The position numbers and the translations under genes are program-made. The notes beneath the pieces were generated by a model. The model was given only the letters and a program-made list of their open reading frames with translations, did not search any database and was not told where the DNA came from. This document shows positions 57,471-62,077 of a DNA stretch of 64,000 bases, piece after piece (the stretch's first letter is position 1; the number at the start of each line of letters is the position of its first letter). The DNA is from Candidatus Woesebacteria bacterium RBG_16_42_24 (lineage in GTDB: Bacteria; Patescibacteriota; Microgenomatia; UBA8517), in contig MGFX01000006.1 of NCBI GenBank assembly GCA_001792115.1, positions 18,537 to 82,536 of the forward strand, written 5' to 3'.

Positions 57471-57543
57471 GCGGTTTTTGCTTGCCCTCCGTAACTTTAG
57501 TGAAGGAGGGGAGACCTCCGGCCTACCACTGACCGACACCCCT
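57471..57543 (-). pseudogene. 5' half of a former tRNA-Trp with a 30-bp hairpin splitting the anticodon
   Basis: Minus strand AGGGGTG-TC-GGTC-AGTGGTA-GGCC-G-GAGGT-CTC[insert 57481-57510]CAAAAACC. Confidence 0.78.
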
Positions 57544-57604
57544 AAATCGAATAACAGCCTATTTTACTTCAAATTAGATAGAACCTCAAACCATACCCGT
57601 GTGC

Positions 57605-57630
57605 TCATGTATGATAAGATGATATATCAT
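57605..57630. promoter_or_regulatory. Putative operator, copy downstream of the TrpR-like gene
   Basis: TCATGTATGATAAGATGATATATCAT is identical to 58051-58076 and contains the palindrome ATGATATATCAT. Confidence 0.65.
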
Positions 57631-57658
57631 ACACCAGGCTGTGTTGGGTCGGGTTGAA

Positions 57659-58054
57659 TCAAAAGGGAGTTATTTTCTTGAGCAGGCTTCTTTTTGAAAG
57701 GTCTAAGTTCTTCAAGAAATCTTTTGTTAATTCCTTTGCGAAGGTTAACTTCAATTTTCTCATAAGCAAATTTTTGTCTCCCTCTGGGACCAATTTAGTT
57801 TGTAATCTAAACCGTGAGATTGTCTGTCTAGTGGTTTTTATTGTACCCGCGACTTCTTCTGGGCTATAGCCAAGTTCCAGTAGAAGAATTATTCCTGCCC
57901 TCTTTTTAAGCATCGCAATTTCAGTTTCAGATAGGAGAGTGTTGAGAATTTTAAATGTTTCGGAACCATCCAATTTATAAAATGCAGCTTTAATAAACTC
58001 TTGAAGTACTTTTTCGGTATGTGGGGCCAGTTTCTTCCGGGAAACGTGTGTCAT
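57659..58054 (-). CDS. TrpR/YerC-YecD-like helix-turn-helix repressor
   Basis: LLSETE.AMLKKR.GI.LLL..GYS..EVA..IKTTRQTISR. Confidence 0.78.
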   Translation of the reverse strand: MTHVSRKKLAPHTEKVLQEFIKAAFYKLDGSETFKILNTLLSETEIAMLKKRAGIILLLELGYSPEEVAGTIKTTRQTISRFRLQTKLVPEGDKNLLMRKLKLTFAKELTKDFLKNLDLSKRSLLKKITPF

Positions 58055-58076
58055 GTATGATAAGATGATATATCAT
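58051..58076. promoter_or_regulatory. Putative auto-regulatory operator overlapping the repressor start
   Basis: Same 26-mer as 57605-57630, covering the ATG and -10 region. Confidence 0.65.
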
Positions 58077-58121
58077 CAACAGGCGAAGTCAATCATTAAT
58101 AGCTACCGTAAGGTACTACCT

Positions 58122-58295
58122 CTATTTGAGGTTGGTAGATTCTTTGTGGAGTTGATATTTTCTACAGTTTGAGCAATGTTTTTTTAGCTCAAGTTTTCCT
58201 TCAATATTGAGTTTATTCCGCGTGGTCACGTAGTTTTGTGATTTACAGACGGAACAAATCATAGCAACAATTTCCCTGGCTCCTTTTTTTGCCAT
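58122..58295 (-). CDS. rpmG: 50S ribosomal protein L33 (Zn-binding type; not in ORF track)
   Basis: Manual translation MAKKGAREIVAMICSVCKSQNYVTTRNKLNIEGKLELKKHCSNCRKYQLHKESTNLK. Confidence 0.95.
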   Translation of the reverse strand: MAKKGAREIVAMICSVCKSQNYVTTRNKLNIEGKLELKKHCSNCRKYQLHKESTNLK

Positions 58296-58335
58296 ACGCT
58301 GGATATTCTACACGAAGAGGCTAGATCCAACAAGA

Positions 58336-58390
58336 TGGAGCCGAGGGTGGGAATCGGATGCCGAAGGCAGGACTTCGGCCCCCACGACCT
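58336..58390 (-). pseudogene. 3' half of a former tRNA-Thr with a 22-bp hairpin in the T-arm
   Basis: Minus strand AGGTCGTGGG[58359-58380]TCCGATTCCCAC-CCTCGGC-TCCA; the acceptor complements GCCGAGG at 58734-58740. Confidence 0.8.
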
Positions 58391-58634
58391 AGCTATCAAT
58401 TAGCTTCCGCATCAACATGTTTCCTTCTCCGGTATTTTTGAAGTACCACTCACGCTTTAAGGCTTCGATTTTAGAACTATATGTTTCTTTATAGATCAAT
58501 ATAAACGGTATCCTGGCTTTTGTTGATTTCGATTGACCATTGTTATGCTGTCTAAGTCGTCTCTTAAGGTTGTCGGTGGTTCCTATATAGAGGTTATGGT
58601 CTTTTTGACTTCTTAGGATATAAAGATAGTGCAT
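58389..58634 (-). CDS. Stand-alone GIY-YIG endonuclease
   Basis: YLYILRS...LYIGTTDNLKRRL.QHN.G...T....P..L.Y.E......A..RE..FK. Confidence 0.9.
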   Translation of the reverse strand: MHYLYILRSQKDHNLYIGTTDNLKRRLRQHNNGQSKSTKARIPFILIYKETYSSKIEALKREWYFKNTGEGNMLMRKLIDS

Positions 58635-58638
58635 CCGG

Positions 58639-58711
58639 AGCCTGGATCGGGGATCGGACCCGAGACCTCGTTCTTACCAAGAACGCGCTCTGCCAACTGA
58701 GCTACCCAGGC
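58639..58711 (-). tRNA. tRNA-Thr(GGT)
   Basis: GCCTGGG...TCCAGGC, anticodon arm CGTTC-TTGGTAA-GAACG; T-loop reads TCCGATC. Confidence 0.9.
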
Positions 58712-58726
58712 AATGTGCGGGCTACT

Positions 58727-58795
58727 TGAGCCACCTCGGCGAGTCTAATGAGCCAGGTGCCAGTGGCTAATTTGATTACCACTGAGCCACCTCGG
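58727..58795 (-). pseudogene. Two 5' fragments of the former tRNA-Thr
   Basis: Minus strand CCGAGGTGGCTCAGTGGTA (58795-58777) and GCCGAGGTGGCTCA (58740-58727). Confidence 0.7.
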
Positions 58796-58797
58796 AT

Positions 58798-58892
58798 TGG
58801 TGCTGGGACTAGGATTCGAACCTAGGTAGCTCTTTCGAGCGTCAGATTTATCCCGTATAAAGCTTCGCTTTTACGGGACAAGCACTCTGGTG
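58798..58892 (-). pseudogene. 3' half of a former tRNA-Tyr with a 32-bp hairpin in the anticodon loop
   Basis: Long variable arm GCTCGAAAGAGC, CTAGGTTCGAATCCTAG, TCCCAGC-ACCA; insert at 58851-58882. Confidence 0.85.
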
Positions 58893-58977
58893 TGCCAAGG
58901 CCAGGATTCGAACCTGGGTAGCCCTTTCGGGCGTCAGATTTACAGTCTGATGCGATTGCCCACTCCGCCACCTTGGC
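58893..58977 (-). tRNA. tRNA-Tyr(GTA)
   Basis: GCCAAGG...CCTTGGC-A, TCAGA-CTGTAAA-TCTGA, long variable arm, GGTTCGAATCC. Confidence 0.95.
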
Positions 58978-58991
58978 TTAGCTAATTTTTT

Positions 58992-59074
58992 ATGCGATTG
59001 CTTGCCCCGTTTTCGCCGGAGGCGAATTTTCTGGGTCCGCTCCCTGCCTGCCGGCAGGCAGGCGCCATCCCAGC
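58992..59074 (-). pseudogene. 5' half of the former tRNA-Tyr with two hairpin insertions in the D-arm
   Basis: Minus strand GCTGGGATGGCG[59043-59062]GAGCGGA[59001-59035]CAATCGCA; GCTGGGA pairs with TCCCAGC at 58802-58808. Confidence 0.82.
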
Positions 59075-59093
59075 CCTCCGGTTTCTCTCCGGG

Positions 59094-59165
59094 AGCCGAC
59101 GAGTGGGATTGAACCACTGACCTTCGCTTTACAAAAGCGTTGCTCTACCGCTGAGCTACGTCGGC
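59094..59165 (-). tRNA. tRNA-Thr(TGT)
   Basis: GCCGACG...CGTCGGC, loop TTTGTAA, AGTGG-TTCAATC-CCACT. Confidence 0.93.
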
Positions 59166-59181
59166 TTGACAGATGAATTAT

Positions 59182-59289
59182 AACAGCATTCAAGAAGACC
59201 CCCAAATATTATTTGGAGGATGAATTGAACGCTGATATGTCATCCTCCCTTAAGGGAGACCCCACACTTTCAGTGTGGGAGGATGTCAT
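59182..59289 (+). mobile_element. Non-autonomous IS200/IS605-like miniature element (copy 2)
   Basis: Follows TTAT and ends GGAGGATGTCAT; same scaffold as 28730-28836 with different hairpin sequences. Confidence 0.72.
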
Positions 59290-59381
59290 AGCAGAAAATG
59301 AGGCTTCTCCGAAGCTCCAAGGGATTTATTTTAAGTTTTCTTTCCCGGTATTTTTTTGAAAAGAAATACCGAGTAGCATTT

Positions 59382-59527
59382 TGACCCTGCTTCAGGATCG
59401 GGCAAAACTGTCCTGGAAAACTTCCAGGTGGGTGAGCTGCCCCGTACCATTACGGTGCAGGGACTCCGCCCTCCCGATTGAAAACGTGGTCAGGATAGTT
59501 TTGCCTCGGTACCCCTTAGCAGGGTCA
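59382..59527. ncRNA. Long rod-like structured RNA candidate (6S RNA-like)
   Basis: TGACCCTGCT/AGCAGGGTCA and GGGCAAAACTGTCCTG/CAGGATAGTTTTGCCT stems, central bubble, apical stem. Confidence 0.5.
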
Positions 59528-59565
59528 CTTATATTGTAACAAATGGGGTCAAGGGCGGAAAGTCT

Positions 59566-60222
59566 CTAAATTATCGATGAGGCTGGAGTAAGTAAATTTA
59601 AAAGAAAATTGATAATGGGAGAGATTACTATTGATACCAAAGATGCTCCTCCAAAAGTAGGAAATATGATGAAAAAGAGAATTATCATTCCGTAGCGAGA
59701 AAGGAAGAGATCGGTCTCTCTGGCTTCCTTGGGTGGCAGAAGTCCGACCAATATTTTTCCTCCATCCAGAGGATGAATGGGGATAAGGTTGAAAATGGCT
59801 AGAGCAACATTGATAACGATAAAAGGGAGGGCCAGGCCATAGAAGAATGAAGCTGGAGAGAAAGGGGAGTAGGTTAGCCTAAAAATTAGAGAGATTAACA
59901 CGGCTAAAATAAGGTTGGAGGAAGGTCCAGCTAAAGAAATGAGAGCCGAGTCTCGTCTGGGATTTGCCAGATTATACGGATCAAAGCGCACTGGTTTTGC
60001 CCAGCCGAAGGGGATAACAGGAAACCCTAAGGCTCGCAAGAGAACCAGTATAAAAAGTAGCGTGGTTCCTATTGGGTCATAATGTACAATGGGGTTTAGA
60101 GAAAGCCTTCCTTCGAGCCTAGGTGTGGGGTCTCCGAGCCTATCCGCAACAAAAGCGTGGGCGGCTTCGTGAATTGTGATAGCAACGACAAAAGCCAGAA
60201 TCCAGAAAGCAATGGTAATCAT
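59566..60222 (-). CDS. Site-2 protease (M50 family)
   Basis: HEAAH, LGDPTP...GRLSLNP, GWAKPV, AGP.SN, FNLIPIHPLDG. Confidence 0.95.
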   Translation of the reverse strand: MITIAFWILAFVVAITIHEAAHAFVADRLGDPTPRLEGRLSLNPIVHYDPIGTTLLFILVLLRALGFPVIPFGWAKPVRFDPYNLANPRRDSALISLAGPSSNLILAVLISLIFRLTYSPFSPASFFYGLALPFIVINVALAIFNLIPIHPLDGGKILVGLLPPKEARETDLFLSRYGMIILFFIIFPTFGGASLVSIVISPIINFLLNLLTPASSII

Positions 60223-60254
60223 TGTCAGTAAAAAGTATTCATAGTATAATGTTC

Positions 60255-60355
60255 GGTCAACCAGTATTCCAGTACTCCAGTCAGACCAGTAAACCGGTAA
60301 ACTGGAAAACTGGTGAACCGACAAACCGGAATACTGGGATACCGGATTACTGAAT
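60255..60355. repeat. Degenerate 8/9-mer inverted tandem array
   Basis: CCAGTATT CCAGTACT CCAGTCAG ACCAGTAAACCGGT AAACTGGA AAACTGGT...; closely resembles 41030-41121. Confidence 0.78.
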
Positions 60356-60358
60356 TTT

Positions 60359-60610
60359 ATGAGCTACATCTGTGACAATTGCGGGAAATCTATTGTAGTC
60401 GGCCGTAGCCAGAGGCACGGCAGGGGTGTTGCGGGTAAAAGGTGGAGGAAGCGCGCCCAGAAAACAATGAGGCTTTTTAAGCCCAACCTGCAAAAAGTTT
60501 CTGTGCTAGTTTCTGGAAAGAAAGTTTCGATGAAGCTATGTACAAGGTGCCTCAAAAGATTTAAGAAGGATGGTAAAATTCCTTCCTACACAAGCGCGGC
60601 AATAGGATAA
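60359..60610 (+). CDS. rpmB: 50S ribosomal protein L28
   Basis: CDNCGK...G...H...KT.R.FKPNLQ...LCTRCLK. Confidence 0.92.
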   Translation: MSYICDNCGKSIVVGRSQRHGRGVAGKRWRKRAQKTMRLFKPNLQKVSVLVSGKKVSMKLCTRCLKRFKKDGKIPSYTSAAIG

Positions 60611-61536
60611 CCTCTCTTAAATTCTTCCCAAGAAACAGGGTTTTTTCCCTCGAGCTGGACTTCGTCAAGGATTAGCGTATAGCGTTTAGGGGATAGGGAT
60701 TCGGCGTGTGCTTTTAGGATTTTTAGTCTTTTGGCTTGCCCTTCCGAAGCCGAAAGGCGAAGGAGGGTCCACGCCCCGGGCCAGGGGTCCATAGCGCGAA
60801 TAAAACAATCTAGGGTATAGGGGGTGGGGTGTAGGGAATAGTCTTTGATGAAAGGAATTTTCCAAGTAGCTTTCAAGGACCGTCCCTGCAAGCATGCGGC
60901 AAGGTATTCAGCAGGGATGAAACCGTGACCTTTTTTAACCAAGGTAGTATAGGTCGCCTCGTCGTGATTTTGTTCGCGAAGTTTGACTTTCCCTTGAGTA
61001 AAGGCGGGGATTAAAGCGACAACAACTTCGGCCGACCTTTCAAAGAGCCTTTTTCTTAAAGTTTCCAAGGTGTCGGAAGCTAATATGTCTTCGCTGAATT
61101 GAGAAACAACTAGACCGTGGTCCATTAGCTCGTCAATCTTGATTATCGAAACGCCGGTTTTTGCCTCGCCCATTGCAATTGCTGCCTGAATCGGGGAGGC
61201 ACCACGATATTTAGGAAGAAGGGAAGGATGGATATTTAAAATGCCAAATTTCAAATTTCTAATTGCAGATTCTGGAACGATTTCCCCATAGGCTGCTAAA
61301 ATTCCCAGATCCGCTGGAGGAACTTTTTCGGGGCCATAAATAACCGGAATATCTTTTTTATATGCCCAGGTATCAACGGGCGAGTAAGTTAGTTTTTGAT
61401 CCCTGCCAACGGGCTTTGGTTTTTGGGTTACTACGGTAATAATTCCAGATTCCATTGAACGGTCCTTGAAGGTTTTGTGCAGCAAATTTAAAACAAGAAG
61501 AACGTAATCCGGGGTTCCAAAGAAAACGATTTTCAT
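60586..61536 (-). CDS. fmt: Methionyl-tRNA formyltransferase with several short in-frame DNA-repeat insertions
   Basis: KIVFFGTP, LNIHPSLLPKYRGASPIQ, IRAMDPWPGAW, VQLEGK. Confidence 0.95.
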   Translation of the reverse strand: MKIVFFGTPDYVLLVLNLLHKTFKDRSMESGIITVVTQKPKPVGRDQKLTYSPVDTWAYKKDIPVIYGPEKVPPADLGILAAYGEIVPESAIRNLKFGILNIHPSLLPKYRGASPIQAAIAMGEAKTGVSIIKIDELMDHGLVVSQFSEDILASDTLETLRKRLFERSAEVVVALIPAFTQGKVKLREQNHDEATYTTLVKKGHGFIPAEYLAACLQGRSLKATWKIPFIKDYSLHPTPYTLDCFIRAMDPWPGAWTLLRLSASEGQAKRLKILKAHAESLSPKRYTLILDEVQLEGKNPVSWEEFKRGYPIAALV

Positions 61537-62054
61537 ATATCAACTTCTTCCCACTCGTCGTCACTTGCAAGTTTATATAGCTTCTTCTTTTGTTCAAGAA
61601 GCCTATCTACAAAAAGCACACCGTTTAGATGGTCAACTTCGTGCTGAATGATTTGGGCCAGAAATCCTTTAATGGTTTTAGTTTTTTGGGCTCCTTCCTC
61701 GCTTCGGTAGTTAACCGTAACACTTCCCGACCTTTCGAGGGGACCATAGTAGTTGGGTAGGGAAAGACACCCTTCCATTATTTTCCCTTTCTCCGGAGAT
61801 TTCCTTATTGGCCCCCGGGAGGTAATTTCGGGGTTAATAAAAATTTCTGAAGCTTCCTTATGGCTTATATAAAAGATTCTTAGGCTTTTACCGATTTGGG
61901 GCGCGGCCAAACCCACTCCTTCGGGGTCTTTTTGAACATTAAGTGTATCTTTGAGGTCTTTCACCACATCCTTAATCTTTTTGTCTATCGCGCCTACGGG
62001 TTTTGCAACTTGTCTTAAAAAGGGGTCTTTGGCTTCTAATATTTTTCTGACCAT
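61533..62054 (-). CDS. def: Peptide deformylase
   Basis: GVGLAAPQIG, EGCLSLP, QHEVDHLNG. Confidence 0.97.
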   Translation of the reverse strand: MVRKILEAKDPFLRQVAKPVGAIDKKIKDVVKDLKDTLNVQKDPEGVGLAAPQIGKSLRIFYISHKEASEIFINPEITSRGPIRKSPEKGKIMEGCLSLPNYYGPLERSGSVTVNYRSEEGAQKTKTIKGFLAQIIQHEVDHLNGVLFVDRLLEQKKKLYKLASDDEWEEVDI

Positions 62055-62077
62055 ATCAGATATAATATCACCCAAAC

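Noticed and set aside
58851-58882. Hairpin inserts as spliced tRNA introns
   Set aside because: Too short for group I introns, no clear bulge-helix-bulge motif, related units occur in ORFs and intergenic DNA, and the host tRNAs are otherwise broken. Not formally excluded without RNA data.
60223-60324. N-terminal extension of the site-2 protease in the ORF track
   Set aside because: Read-through of the octamer array; the probable start is ATG at 60222.
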